64,000 nt of DNA, taken from the NCBI RefSeq assembly GCF_009914755.1, contig NC_060925.1. One strand, 5' to 3'. The notes under the pieces were generated by a model. The model was not told the DNA's origin. It saw only the letters and a list, made by a program, of their open reading frames with translations, and did not search any database. This document shows, piece by piece, positions 38,716-53,153 of this stretch; within the stretch, counting starts at the first letter, position 1; each line of letters begins with the position of its first letter. Origin of the DNA: the human T2T-CHM13v2.0 reference genome, Homo sapiens. Both the position numbers and the translations under genes were made by a program.

Positions 38716-41474
38716 AATGTTGCATTTCTTACAGCCTTTCACATAAAGCTCCAGATAAGAAAACATATTTTAAAATAAAGGGTTAATAAAAGCTGTTGTT
38801 TTTTTTTTTTTTTTGTCCCAGAGGTACTAGGGTGACTTTTTCCCCATAGGAAAGATACAGTTTCCCTTTTCCCTTTGGCCACCAGGGAGCGTAGAGTCAA
38901 ATGTTTGGCCCGATTATAGCAACTATTGGACATCATGACTTAACTATAGCATTTTAGTTTTGCTGCTAAGAAATATAAACTTTCTAGTTTATATTTTTCC
39001 TAGTATTAAATTATTTGAATGAAAAGTGAGCTATCATATTAAATGTAATTCATGTAAACAACTTTAAATCATTTTTGTGAAATGAAATGGAATAGTTACT
39101 ATTTCATTCATTAAAAATTAAGCCCAGCCAATGGCCCAAATTATACTTTCAGACACTACTATGAAACATTATCAATGCCCTCCCAGGTCAATCCCATATT
39201 TAGCTCAGTTGGCCTTGGACATGCATATCTTTCTTCAGCCTCCATGGTATCAGCCTCAAAAAGTGAAGATGTCTGAGCTTCTGGATCCGGAGGTGGTGGG
39301 GGTCTGTCTGGCCAAGTAGCTCCCAGCCTCTCCTTCCTGCCCCTGGCCCAAATGGCACTGCCACTCACTTTGTTTTCATCTGTACCCTTAAGTCAGCTTC
39401 TGGCTTTTCTGAGCACTGGCTACAAACCCATGTCTCTCCCCAAACTCATCTTGACCTCTCCTTAACTTGTCTTGCAACTTTTCCTTTGGTCCCCAAGACA
39501 GCCCCTTGGGTGGGTACTAGAGAGCCAGGCTGTCCTTCCTCTCTGCTGTCTCCATATTTACAAAGTCTGAGTCCAGCTCCATAACCTGCCACCCTGCTGG
39601 GCTGAAGGGGCCATCTCCCACCTCCTGTGCCCCCCTCGTCACCCCACAGGCTCCCCAGCTCCCACACTCTTCTGCTGGATGCTGCCCCACTGCAGAAAGA
39701 AGGGAGAGGAGGGAGGGGGCTGGGAATGGTTCCTGCCACCTGTTAGGAGCCCCAAAACGAACTTGAGGTAGTGGGGAGGAAGATGAAATACTCGAGGCAG
39801 CACTCGGCCCAATCTCTGCCTTGGCACCCCTCTTAGACACACGGACCCCAGAAAACATCAGGGCCTTGTAGACAAAGGAAGCCACCTTCTAAAAAAAACC
39901 CCACACATCAGAGGGCAGAAGAAAATGCAACAGGGCAGGAAGTCACATGCTTCTGTTTCGATCTAATCCCTGCTCCAGAGCCCACCCTCCGAGGGGGCTC
40001 GGACAAGCCACAGCACCTTCTCTGAGTCTCAATGTCCTTATCTATAAAGCAGAGATAATAATACCAGCCTATCTCACAGGAGGGTGTATCAAATGGAAAA
40101 CTGCATAAAAGGGCTTTGAAAAGGATAAAGAATCACACAAAGAGGTAGGGAATTGTTACTGCAATTGTTCCCTCTGAGAGCTAAGTGACCCCAGAAGAAC
40201 CAGGGAGAAATTGAGCTTCGGGTTGTGGAGGGCAGTGGGGGTCTGGGGTCTGATCAGCAGACTCCCAGCCCCCACTTTCCTGCCCCTTGCCCAAACGGAA
40301 TCACCACTCACTTGGTTTTCATTTGTGCTCTTGAATCAACAGGCTTTAAGTCTTCACAGCAGGTCTTACGGGGACCATGGCAGGGAGGGACATCAGGTCC
40401 CTCCCCAAGCTTCATGCCTGGCATGCTATGGTCATAGCTGAACTCTGTGTTTGCGTATGTGTGTCCTCAAAAGCTGTCCAATGGAAGAGATGGCACATGT
40501 GTGACTTAGGCAGGGTGACAACAATGGGGACAGCGATTAACTGCAGTGCCTGCAGCCCACACTGAAAATACACCTGTTATGTGTAACTTGACTTCCTCAT
40601 CCCTCTTCCCACTCTTGAGACCGCTGTGTTCCCACCTGCAGGCCCAGCCAAGAAAAAAGGGACTTGACCAGCCCGGCCCAGCACTGCAGGAAGTCAGCAC
40701 CATCAACGGCCCCAGTTGGCCAGCTGGAGCCCTAACTAGGCCCCTGGGTGTGATGCAGGGTTCCTGCCTTGTTTCCTGGGCTTAAGTGCCTGTCTCAGAC
40801 ACCTATCTAACAGCCTCTTCCCTCTAAAGACAGTTTCTCTAATGAGAGAACCCTCAATTCTATTTTCACCTGCTGAACTTAACCTACTCCTGCGACTCCC
40901 ACTCTGGGCTCTGTTACTTTCTGGCCATTGTATGCCCCATGCTTTGCCTCCCTGATGGCCCTGCTTGCCTGGGTCCCCACCTGATGCCAGATGCCAGCCT
41001 CTTTGGACATCATAATCTGTCTGAAAGGACCAGGCCCCATACCTTACCTGTGGCTGCATCTCTGTCCCCACCTTGCAGCCCACTAGGGCTGACTCTGGCC
41101 TCCTGGGCAGCTCCAGTCCCATGTTTCCCATCACATCCACTGAAAGCCACAGAGGAATGCTGGGCGCTGCTGGGAGGCCAAGGAGGTTAAGGCATGCTTA
41201 TGTCCTAGATCTCAAGGGGTGTGTAGCCAAGTCCAAAAGCAGACACAATCCCCAGAAAGTCAGAGAACAACAAAGGCACTGGGTCCCTAACAACAGTGCT
41301 GGAGTTAGCAGGAGGGATCGCCAGGGGCTGGGCCAGCCAGGGGGAAGTGGGCCAAGCCTTAAAGCACAGAACGATGGTGCACAATAAAGACGGGAGGGCT
41401 GGCCTGGCTGCAAGTGGCTGTCAGAGCAAAGACGTGACAGTGGGGAAACTGCAGATCATGGCATCGTTTGTTCA

Positions 41475-41760
41475 CTTGTCAGTCATTCATTTGTTCAGCA
41501 AATATTAATTGAGCACCTACAATGTTCTAGTTACTCTTCAAGGCACTGGGCAACCTGGAATAAATAAAGCTGACAAAATCCTCTGTCCCCGTGGAGTTAA
41601 CTCTCAAGGGGATTTAGGGCTGCTTCTGGGGACACAGAGGTAGATGGGGGCCAGATTGTGGAAGGCCTTGAATGCTGAGAAGGCTGGACTTCATCTTATA
41701 GGCAGTGGGGAGCCCTTGAGGGTTTCTCAGGGAGGGTGAGGTGACCTGCAGAGACATACT
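41475..41760 (-). mobile_element. L2 fragments
   Basis: TCATTCATTTGTTCAGCAAATATTAATTGAGCACCTAC...GGGGCCAGATTGTGGAAGGCCTTGAATGC. Confidence 0.75.
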
Positions 41761-42929
41761 GGAGACTGTCAGAATCGCTAGCATGAAAGGCGATAAGGCC
41801 CGGAGTTAAGGAGGATGCTGTAGCCACCGGGAGAAGGCGGTGCATTTGAATCTGTGGGAGTGAGATGATACTGACTCAAGGAGGCCTGGTGCTGGGAAGC
41901 CTCCTCCTTTTGAAGGCTGTCTGCATCCTTGGGGACTGTGGCTCCCTGGGGTCTCCTGCTAAATGCACAATTTTCAGAGCCATGTATGAATCCTAGACCT
42001 TGGAGGGCAGACTCCAGCGGTGTTGACTGGGGCAGAGCTTCTCCTCCTGCCCTCCAGGCCTTAGCCCTCTGGCACCCACAGTGACCTCGATAACGCAACG
42101 AGGGAGGAATTCAAAGGCCTGGCAAGGCCTAAATATAGCCAGCAGGCCACGTGCAGAAATGCTCCCCTGATTTTACTAAAGAACAGAGGTTGCCACGTTC
42201 CACTGGGGACTGCACTTTGTTTCAAAATCATGCCAGCCAGGCTGAGCCTGATGGGCCCTTGGAGCTTTCTTTAAACACAGAGAAAACATTAAATGATTTT
42301 CTGCAAAAGCCTCAGCATGAGAGGAGGAGGCAGCTAATGGGAGGTTTGAGTCAATGCCCCACAGGACTCAGGTGAACTTACTCTTTAAAAATGTAAATCC
42401 CTCTGGACAAAGGGCAGTCTCCATGCAAACCAGGCACGTGGGCAAGACATCAGAGCAGGAGCTCTGTTCTGAGTTACCTGCGGGCGCCGCAGAGTGAGGG
42501 AGGTGGGGCAATCAAGACCAGCCTGCAATGAACTGTTGGCAGCTATGCGATGGATCCTGGAGGGGCTGGAGCTTGGCTGTGCTCAGCACCTTAGGAGGGG
42601 GGTACAATTATTGTCTTCACTTCACAGGTGAGAAAATTGAGGCCTGGGAGGCGTTAAGGAACTTTCCAAAGGCCAGGGAGCAAGCTAGTGGTGCAACCAG
42701 GACTGGAACTCAGGTCTGCCTATCACCAGACTCGCTTCCTATGACCCAGATGCTGCTCCATGGCCCGAGTCCAGCAGCCGTCTTCCCTCTGCTGTGCAAG
42801 GCTCTTAGATGGGAATGGAGGCAGGGAGTCAGAGGACAGGCCCACATCCCTGCCTTCCTGAGGCCACTCCTAGGGGGCACAGCTAGCAGAGGCTGTAGCC
42901 TAGACAAAAGAAAGGGAACACGGCATAGG

Positions 42930-43150
42930 GCACCACTACATGCAGGCACTGAGCAGATGCTCCCCACATCCTAACTCATTTAGGTCTCCCAATGAGGTGG
43001 GTGCTGTTATTACGCCCATTTTGCAGGTGAGGAAACTGAGGCACAGAGAAGAAAAGTAACTTACCCAAGGTCAGGTAGCCAGTAAGTAACAGAGCTGGGA
43101 GTCAAACAGAGCTGGGAGTCAGGCTGGCACCTGACTCTTTGCTTCTAACA
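42930..43150 (-). mobile_element. MIR SINE with a 17-bp internal tandem duplication
   Basis: GAGGAAACTGAGGCACAGAGA...AACTTACCCAAGGTCA; AACAGAGCTGGGAGTCA x2 at 43088-43121. Confidence 0.75.
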
Positions 43151-44704
43151 CTGAGTTCAGGTGCTGGAGAGTGGAAGAAGAGGGAAGAGTCCATTCCTTC
43201 TGGGAGTGTCTTAGAAAACCTGCTAGAGGAGGTGGGATCCGATCTTGATGGGTGTTGGGAAGGGCCCTCCAGAGAAAGAGGACGAAATGAACAAGGCTCA
43301 GGAGAACTGATGCATGGTGGCATTCGGGAGCCACCGGGCCTGGCTGGGGATGGGGTATCAAGCTCCTTGGGAAATTCCAGATGAGGACGCACAAACGCTC
43401 CCGCACTATGTGCCTACTATGCGTCAGGCCTTGGGCTAGGCACTTTTGAGGCGTTTTCCCAGCACTATCAGCCACTTACAATTGGTTCAACAATGACTTC
43501 TTTACTTCATGGCTGAAGAATGGTGATCCCGCAAAAGCAGTGAAGTGACTTGTCTGAGGATGGTTGAGCACAGTAGAAGCCATAGAAGGGTTATGAGGAG
43601 GGCAGTGATGGGACACAGGCTTCACTGTGGAAAACCGAGCAGCAGCAGTGGGAGGTGGAAGTGGGGGCCCTAATGCAGGGAGCATCATGAGCCCAGAAGC
43701 CACCGCCTGTGCTGAGGGCTCGAGTGCTCTTCAGTGCCCTGGATCCTGCATTCCCAGAAGCCCCAGGAGTAGAGTCATTGCTGCAAAGGTGAACGTGCCC
43801 AGCACAAACCTCCAAGAGAAACACCTTGTGTCTCACCTCCACCTCTTCTTCTCTGACCACCACATATGTCCCCTCCCAGCACGCGGAGGGGCCTGGTTGA
43901 GAGGCTTTGCCTGCCACTGCCAAGTGGACTTACGGGGTCTCGCAGGAAAAGCAGAGGCTGGGGTAGAAAGGAAGAGCCAGACTTGGGGTTCAGAGGGCTC
44001 TAGGTGCAAAGGCTGGCTCTACCCTTACCGAGCGGGGTTCCCCTGGGCAAGTTTCTTCATCTGCTGAGCCTCAGCATCCTCATCTATAAAATGGGAGCAA
44101 GAAGCCTCCTTCCATTGGGTTTGTGTGAGGACTGAAATGATTGCATAAAGAAATCGCCCAGGACAGTGCCTTCACAAGCTGCAGATGGAGAGCGAACAAA
44201 CGCCATGTGGGCACAGGGGCATTCACTGTAAAAGTCTTTCAACTTTACTGTGTGTTCAAAATCTTTCATAATTAAATGATGGAGAAAAAATAAATACCAC
44301 ATTTTCCCTCCCTGACATTGGCCCAGACAAAGCAATCTACTTTGCCACATCTTCCTGGCTGTTCCACATGAAGAGACGGGGACACAGGAGGGTGGGCAGG
44401 TCACAGGGAGGGCCTGGGCAGTGCCAGGCCAGTGTCCTGTCTCCCTGGAGAGCTCCATGCACTCACCACCCCTGCTCCCAGACAGGGATGGCCCCGCTTG
44501 CCTGATGTGGTCTGAGCTCCACTGCCTCCAGGACAGCGAGGTCAGAAAATTCTGACATACTGATTTCTGAGAAATGCCAGGGAGATGAATGGTAGCCAAT
44601 ACCTTGCCCTGAGTCAGGAGAGAATTAAGTCATTATCATAGAATTACAACAATGGAATAATTCCAGCCCATCTCCCTGATTCTTTTCTTGCTAAAAAGGA
44701 AGAG

Positions 44705-44965
44705 GCAGCTGTGATATCGTTAAGACCACGGACTCTGAAGCCAGACTGTCCGCAGTCAAATCCAATCTCCACCATTTACTTGCTGTGTGACCTTGAGAAA
44801 GCTACTTACCCCTCTGAGCCTCAATTTCCTCATCTGTAAAATGGAGATGTAATAATAATAATAATAATAATAATATCAACCTCGAACTGTTGTCGTGAGA
44901 ATTAACTAGTTAGTGCATGTGAAATGCCTGACAGATGGTGAGCACTCAGGAAATGTTAAGCTACT
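44705..44965 (+). mobile_element. near full-length MIR with an internal (AAT)n expansion
   Basis: GTTAAGACCACGGACTCTGAAGCCAGACTG...CCTCAATTTCCTCATCTGTAAAATGG...(AAT)n at 44849-44875...GAGCACTCAGGAAATGTTA. Confidence 0.85.
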
Positions 44966-46500
44966 TTATTTGGCTTGATTAAGGAAGAAAATTTCCAAGG
45001 ACTTAATTTCAGAATGAGTGGGAACAAGGTGAGGATTATGGTATGATGTAGGACTTGTGATTTTTCTCTTCTGATGATCTCAAGAGGAAGAGGAAACTGA
45101 GGCCTGGGCAAGCTCAGTGACTCAAAGAGAAGGGGCAGGTCAAGGCCAGGCCAGAGCCTGGGCCCCCTCACACCCCCAGCCCCAGATTCTCTGTGGAGCT
45201 AGGCTCTGGCAGCCTCTCCAGGCTCAACCCCCAGGGAGCTCGCCGAAGTGAAGTCTGCATATAAATCGCCTTAGAGGAAAAATACTTCTTCATTTTCTCC
45301 CTTTTCATTTAAAAAAAGAATCCACAGCACTGGGGCTGAAACGGCAGTGTGTATGGCTGGAGGGGTGTGTGTGTATGTGTGTGTGTGGTCCATTCGTGGG
45401 GAGCCCATGTTACCAGAGTTCAGGGAAATGTCAGACTCTTGGAGAAGGAGATTTTAATTAGGCTAGAGTTGCCTCCAAAAAGTACTAAAATTAAATATGA
45501 ATCCATAATGCATCGCATCATAGCTAATGGTATGCAAATGGGGCTGGGCTGGGCTGGACTGAAGTAGGGACTTGGGCAATCGTGGTAATGAGGAAAAATG
45601 GCCCCTGGCTGACAGCGACAGTCCTGAGGATGCTGTGGGAGGAAGCAGGGGTGGGGACTGTTGGGGGGAGCTTGGAGGGGGTGGCCTATGCCCTGTTAAT
45701 GGGAGAAGAGGAGGCAAGTACTGGGCCAGCTGAGCAGGGGAGGCCTCGGCACCAACACAGACACCTAGAAAGAGGGGGGAGCAGAGTCTTCAGAGAGGCC
45801 AGCTCTGCTGTATTTACCGACATCTTTGGGGGTGGCTGGGTTTCCAAGCACGGGGCACTTGGAACAGGAGGGCAACTGTAGTGCAGGAGAAAAAGATCCA
45901 CAGATGTGAATTTGAGTTGTGCTTCTCTTCTAGCCAGCTGTGTGACCTTGGACACATCACCCAAGCCGGGCCACTCCTTGCTCAGCTGCAAATTAAGAAA
46001 GACAAACTCAAGGCTTCAATCTCCCAGAGTTGCCTGAGGCTCAGAATGAGTTGTAAATATGTTAAGAGCCATAGAAATGGATACTTATTCTTTTTACTTT
46101 TTACATTTATTCTTGAGAAAAATAAATAAGAGGTAATGTCTACTGAGTGCTTTCTGTTCACCAGGCCTCTTATCCCACAAGATCCTTTCTACAATCCTGG
46201 GGAAACCAAGGCACAGTCAGGAAGTGGTGGAGCCGGGATTCAAACCCAGTGATTTTGATTCGTGAACCTACTCTGGTAACAGCTGTGCTACAATGATGCT
46301 CCTGGAGTGAAGGGGGTGCTATTCATAATTACACAAGGCAACAGACAGAGCCAGGATTACCCCAGCAGTCTCCAGTGTGCAGTGTCCGGCTGTAATGCTT
46401 GTAGAAAGCACCCAGGAGTTGCCCAACCTTCCCGTCTGTGTGCGCTCCAGCGAGTCACTGCGCCATCGCAGGTGTCAGTTTTCTCACCTGTACCACTTTT

Positions 46501-46807
<307 letters not shown>

Positions 46808-46879
46808 TACCTGTACCACTTTTGTCCCGCCAGTCCAAGTGTCTTCCATGTGCTTTCCAACTCCAGAGCACTATGATTG

Positions 46880-47360
46880 CACCAGGAAGTCCAGCACTAT
46901 GGAAAAATGCTCCGAGCTGGAGTCAGGGTGGCCACGTTTAAATCTCTGCTCTGAAATCCTGGGTAAGATGCTAGACCTAAAGAAGTCTCAGTTTTCCCAT
47001 CTGTAAAATGGGGAGACTAACGGTTCTTGTCTTGTAACATTGTTGTGACAGTGAAATGAGATGATGATGATACTAGCTTACAAGCCCTGAGCTCTATGTA
47101 GCAGACACTGCTCTGAACACTTCACACTATTAGTTAATTTTGCCCTCAGCAGCGAAAGGCAGCTAACATGAGCCAGCACACAGTGCTTCCCATAGTCACT
47201 CAGTTCATCTCTTCCACAACCCTATGGGGTAAATGCTTTTCTAGTCATTTTACAGGTGGAGAAACTCAAGCACAGAGAGGTTAAGAACTCGCCTGAAGTC
47301 AGGAGTCAGGATTCAAAGATAGGCAGTGGCTTCATCCGAAGCAAGTATGCTCAGCCCAAC
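46880..47360. mobile_element. MIR cluster (one + copy followed by - fragments)
   Basis: TCTCAGTTTTCCCATCTGTAAAATGGGG and GAAACTCAAGCACAGAGAGGTTAAG. Confidence 0.7.
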
Positions 47361-48734
47361 ACCTGCCTTTTATTAGCATGCAGTGGAGGCTGGTGTGAAG
47401 TCTAAGGTGGTAAAAGTTAACTTCAAACATTTGCCCTTTGGTAAGGATCCATTAAGATTACATACACATGGTAAACTCCCAGCACAGTAGAAGGGCTCAA
47501 AAAATGTACATGAGTGAACAAATGAGTGAATTTCAGGGAAGACCACGGGCCTGTTATGACTCCTAGCTCTTCCATGCAGAGACGCATTTCTCCCAGCAAG
47601 GCTACGAATGATGGGTCTTGCAGGCACAAGGAGGATGCCAAGCAACAGTGATGCCAGGGCTTCCAGAGTGCCCTGGAAAGCAAACCTTTTTGGGGGGACG
47701 TGGGCAGATGGATTAACTCCACCTCCCATGCACCACCTCCCCCATGCCTTGGGCCAGAATAATCTCTGTCTATGGCCCCAGAGATCTCCAAGTCCTGTCT
47801 GGGCAGGTGCTGGCCGAGGCAGCAACACCTGGGAGTGATACACAGAGGAGAAAAATGGGACAGGAAATGGCACCAAGGTTTTTGAAATGGAAAAAGTGTA
47901 AAAGTCCTTCCTTTGTGTGGGAACGAGTGCCAGGGGGCCATTGCCTATTGAGTTTTCATCAAAGTAATTTATTGATCAATACAGCTAACATGGCTAGTTC
48001 AGCGATTTTGTAAAAAATAACCATGTGTTGGATGCGAGAAGCACTTTGCTGGATTGCGACAAGCAGGGCCAGGCAGGATCACTGTATTTTATGGCCTTCT
48101 GGGAACTGGGCCCTGGCAGCTAAGTCTCTGTGGCTTTATCTTCATGACACCAAAACATTTGGCTGAAGAGGAAAAAAGATGGGCCAATCTTCCAGATGTT
48201 TTGTCTACCTGGCAGCAAATATCAAGACGTTTCCTGTGCAAGGTCACAATTGCAAACCACGAGGCCAGGAAGAGGGTTACATGTTAAGAAACGTGCTGGC
48301 CCAGAGTCAGAAGGCCAGAGTGGAAGGGAGTTTTACATTTACTAAGCACCTACTGTTTACCAGGCCCTGAGCTAAGCATTTTGACACCACATTTCTCTGT
48401 GTTTTCAGATGAGAAAAACGAGGTGGGTACTGTGTTCCCAAGGAGACAGAGCAACTAAACGCTAAAGGAATGATTCACCTCCAGATGTGACTTCAAGACT
48501 TTCCTAACGCAGCTTTTACTAGTTTGACCTGGAATAAGCGATGTGACCTTGCTGAGCCTCAGTTTCTTCATGTGCAAACTGGGGCTCCTCAGTCCTGCTC
48601 TGCCTACCCTGCTCACTGTTGGGAGGATCAAACAAGACACTCATATGAACACACTTGGCAAGTCAAAGAGAATTCCACTACTGCAGACGGTGGTTTCTCT
48701 TCCTGGGATACCCCAAAGCACCTAGCCTGGCCCC

Positions 48735-49089
48735 TGTATTAGTCTGTTTTCACACTGCTGATAAACACATACCCGAGACTGGGTAATTTATAAAGAAAAA
48801 GGTTTAATGGACACACAGTTCCACATGGCTGGGGAGGCCTCACAATCATGGCAGAAGGTAAAAGGCACGTCTTACATGGTGACAGGCAAGAGAGAATGAG
48901 AGCCAAGCAAAAGGGGAAACCCCTTATAAAACCGTCAGATCTCGTGAGACGTATTTACTACCAAGAGAACAGTATGGGGGAAACTGCTCTCATGATTCAA
49001 TTATCTCCCATTGGTTCCCTCCCACAACATGTAGGAATTATGGGAGCTACAAGATGAGATCTGGGTGGGGACACAGCCAAACCATATCA
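48735..49089 (-). mobile_element. THE1 (THE1C/D-like) MaLR solo LTR
   Basis: TGTATTAGTCTGTTTTCACACTGCTGATAAA...GGGGACACAGCCAAACCATATCA; perfect 5-bp TSD GCCCC. Confidence 0.95.
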
Positions 49090-49649
49090 GCCCCAGACAC
49101 AAATATGTGTTAAATAATTCAGCAGTGGATTGAGCCAGACAGCCCGGCATCTTGTCCTCCAAACATCTGGGTGCTTGGATGAGTGTGTGTATGCCCTTCC
49201 TTCAGATGCCTGGGCTACTCCTCTGGCATGCACTTCATGGAAGGAGCCAACCAGAACTTTTGCCACTAAACTTCCCACTTGTCTTCAGAATAAGTAGGCT
49301 CCCTTAGGGCTCTACAGTTCCCTCACCTGGATTGAGGACTGGCCAAAAGACCCTGGGAGAGAAGGCCCCTCCGCTGCCGAGAGCTCTGCTTCTTAGCCGT
49401 GCAATGCTGGATCCTCCATTGCTGTATCAAGCACATGTTTGGACCAGGCTTTGGTGAGGTCCCTAGCTGGAAGGGGTGTCACTCACCAAGAGCAGCTCCA
49501 GGGAAGAATGCAGAGGAGGGAGAATGAGGCTGAGCCCTGAAGCCTGAAAGGGCCAAAGATATCAAGGGTCTACAGTGTGAGGCTGGCCTGTGCCTCAGAC
49601 CAGAACCTGGGCCAGCTGGGGAAAGCCCCAAGACAAAGTTGGAGCAGGG

Positions 49650-50100
49650 CTTTGGAAATCCACCTCATCACATGCCCACCCTCATCGAATGCCTTGCCCC
49701 AGCCCCTTGCACCCCAAGCCCTAGCCACATGGGCCTTCTTTCTGTTCTTTGACCTTGCCAAGCTCTTCCCACCTCAAGGCCTCATACGCTCTGTTCCCTC
49801 TGCCTGGAGTGCTCCTGCATTCTTCACAAGGCAGGCTTCTCTCATTATTCAGGCCTTAGCCACCTCTCCAGAGAGGCCCTTCCTACTCCCAAACCATAGC
49901 ATGGCCTTCCAATTGTTTCCATGCATAACATCTGCTGTAATTAAGAACTATGCATTATTTGTTAATTGTTTGTTGCCCTAAGTAGAGTAGATGAGGTCCC
50001 ATGAAAATGGAAATCTCACCTCTTTGATCATCAATCTATATTCAGCACCTAGGAATGTGCCTGGCACATAGTAGGTGCTCAACCAACATTTATTGAAGGA
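49650..50100 (+). mobile_element. L2 3' portion
   Basis: GTTCCCTCTGCCTGGAGTGCTC...TGCCTGGCACATAGTAGGTGCTCAACCAACATTTATTGAA. Confidence 0.85.
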
Positions 50101-50600
50101 AAGAAAGAAGAGAGGAGGAAAGAAAGGAGGAAGGGAGGGATAGGGAGGGGGAAAGAAGCCAGGCAAGCTGAACCGCAGACCAGCTTCTGAGAGCCAGCAA
50201 AGACAGATGTATTCCATCTATAGAGTTCCTTTTCTGGCAGATTCTTGGACATCTTTTCATACCTGAATGGAGTAATGAGGTCTTATCATGTGTGCCCCAT
50301 CTGGTTTCTCCAGGAAAACTCCACCAGGTAACCTGTTGAGCCCCACTCTGTGCCAGGCAGGCACAATCTTAAGCATTTTATGGTACTTATCCAATAGAAG
50401 ATAAACCACACCCAGTGGCCTTTGCTGGGAAGCTAGAGATAAGCAGAGGCCAGAAACACAGGTTGGGGTTAGAGAACAGTTATCCCAATTGGGCTCCTAG
50501 GACATTCACACCTGCCATTTTGACCGTGAGGATGCTTTGACTCCACTGGGCATTTGAGGACTTGGTCATCCCAGTAACAGAACCCATTTAGCCATTTAGC

Positions 50601-50722
50601 CTCTTTTCTTTTCTTTTCTTTTCTTTTCTCATCTATTCTCTTCTCTCTCTCTATCTCTGTTTCTCTCTCTCTCTCTCTGTTTTTGTCTCTCTCTCTCTCT
50701 CTCTCTCTGTATCTCTGTCTCA
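50601..50722 (+). repeat. polypyrimidine (TTTTC)n/(TC)n tract
   Basis: about 120 bp, almost entirely T/C. Confidence 0.9.
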
Positions 50723-52678
50723 ATCACTGGCTCTCACTTTCTGACTCATTCTTCATCTCTCAATAAGAATTCCCTACATTGGTTCATTCAGGGGTTAAAA
50801 TAGCAGGGTCAGAATATCCTGGTCCCATCTCTGCATCAAGAGATTCTGAAGCCTAGGAAACTTCTGCCCAGATTCTATCTGGTTGGTGCAATGGGGAAAG
50901 ATATTTCTGTCCACCTTGGGTAGGAGAGAAAGGAAAAGCCACATCTCCCTGGAGATGATGTGCTAAAGCAGAGACCCCAAGGGGCAGACAGCAAAGGGAG
51001 CCTGTGGGGATAACTCACACACCCAAAGTAAACCCCAGCAGGTGGGAAAGCAAAGCCAGCCCCAAATGTCAAGAAAGTAAGAGCCCTTATTTTATCCAGA
51101 ACTTAATCCACTTGCCTAGAAAGCCGGAGGTTCCGCAAAGAAAACATCTCCCAAATTAATCTGAAGCTTCCCACTGCCACCTGGCTCCAAAGGGCTGGCA
51201 GAATAATAAAATCTCAGGATTTGAGCAAGGTGGGATTTACAGACACTGTTCTGGGCTGGGGAGCCAGTGCTTTGTTCATTACTAAATCTCCCTTCTGCAG
51301 CCACCTCCTGACAATGTCCACAGGGGACTCTTGACACCAAAGAGCCCACACTCTTGCCACAGGGGCCCCCAGGTCCATAGCCTAGCCAGGGAGAGGGTGC
51401 CAAGCACCCTGTTCCTGTCTAGGGTGGGCAGGTCAGCCTCTCCCCATTTCCCCCAACTCCGGCTCCAGCAGAAGGTGGCAGCTTTGGAAAGCCTCCCACG
51501 TTGCAGTCCAGGAGGGGAATGCGAAGGGGCTTGTGTCTGTGTGGTTTGTTATCCAGGCCCAATTAGTTGCTGGGTCTGTGTTGGAGAGATGGGCCTGCGG
51601 CCACTGCGAGGACTACAGGGAGCGAACAAGGACAGAGGTTGTTAAAATGCTCCTGCCAAGATCTGGTGCCTGCACCATGTCCACACACCTCAAAGACATG
51701 GTAATGCAAAACGGAGCCACAGCAGATTTCCTGCCCAGCACATGTTAACTGAACTCTGGGTAATGCCACCCAAGAGACACACAGCAGCCACTTGTGCCCA
51801 GGCAGGCACCAAAGGAAGGAAGGAAGAATCAGGAGTATCCTAAATGTGCCACTGTTCACTTTAAGGTTAGAAGTTTCCCACCTGGCCCCATCCCATCTGT
51901 GACTCTGGAATTCAAGTTGACTTGTCTGGCACTTATTAATTGCCAATTGTGGGCATTGCTAGGGGCAGCTGCTAGGAATACACAGGGGATTACAATGGAG
52001 TCAGGCAGACAGGAGTTCAAGTCTTAGTGACACCCATCACTTACTCACTCCACTGGGTACCTTCACCTCATTAAGGCTCAGATTCCTTATCTGGAAAGTG
52101 GGAATGATTAGACTCACCTTAGGGTTAAATGAGCTCAGAAAAGGGCTCAATAAACAATTGCTGTTATCATCACAATAAACAGGAATGGGACAAGATCCCT
52201 CCCTCTGAGTTGCTCTTTGCCCATGTGGTAGGTCAGTGGCTCAATGCCTGCAGGGCCAGCAGAAACCTAGAGTGAAACAGGGCTGGTGAGAGAAACAAAT
52301 TTGAAAAAATTGGCCCTCCTAGTCTGTCTTTTGTTTACTCCTGAAAATAAAAACATTTTACTTTTCCTTCTTAACTTTACTGAAAGAAAAACAGCAGCAG
52401 CAGGACAGTGACTGGCCCTGGAACAGGAAATGACTATAAGGAGGGGTGGGGACTGAGGCATATGTGAATGTGGGAAGAGAAGCTGGAAACCCAAAATTTC
52501 ATATGAAACGTCCCAATTTTTGAATGTTGGCTGATTCAACTTAAAAAACCAATTAAAATTAAAATGATGAGGGTGTGGAAGGGGTCATAACCCAGAAATA
52601 GAGTTTAGAAAGAGAATTTCTTGAATTCCAAGCAAAGAGGTTAGTCTTCAGAAGAGTGAGACATCAAAAGATGTTGAG

Positions 52679-52980
52679 GGCCAGGCGCGGTGGCTCAAAC
52701 CTGTAATCCCAGCACTTTGGGAGACCAAGGCAGGTGGATCACCTGAGGTCAGGAGTTTAAGACCAACCTAGCCAACATGGTGAAACTCTGTCTCTAATAA
52801 AAGTACAAAAATTAGCTGGGTATGATGGCACACACCTGTAGTCCCAGCTACTTGGGACAGCTGAGGGGGGAGGATCGCTTGAACCTAGAGGTGGGGGTTG
52901 CAGTGAGCCGAGATTGCACCACTGCAGTCCAGCCTGGGACACAGAGTGAGACTTTGTCTCAAAAAAAAAAACGAAAAAAA
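52679..52980 (+). mobile_element. Alu (AluJb/Sz-like), full length
   Basis: dimeric Alu with A tail; flanked by AAAAGATGTTGAG and GAAAGGTGTTGAG. Confidence 0.93.
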
Positions 52981-52996
52981 GAAAGGTGTTGAGCTA

Positions 52997-53110
52997 GGCT
53001 GGGTGTGGTGGCTCACACCTGTAATTCCAGCACTCTGGGAGGCTGAGGCAGGAGGATAACTTGAGCCCAGGAGTTTGAGACCAGCCTGGGCAACATAGGG
53101 AGACCCTGTC

Positions 53111-53143
<33 letters not shown>

Positions 53144-53153
53144 AAGAAGAAAA
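52997..53153 (+). mobile_element. FLAM-like Alu left monomer
   Basis: GGCTGGGTGTGG...TTGAGCCCAGGAGTTTGAGACCAGCCTGGGCAAC plus long A tail; TSD AAAGGTGTTGAGCT at 52982 and 53154. Confidence 0.88.

Noticed and set aside
51467-51481. Additional CTCF-like AGGTGGCAG matches (also at about 5131, 39733 and 51174)
   Set aside because: 12/14 matches are common by chance and have no supporting context
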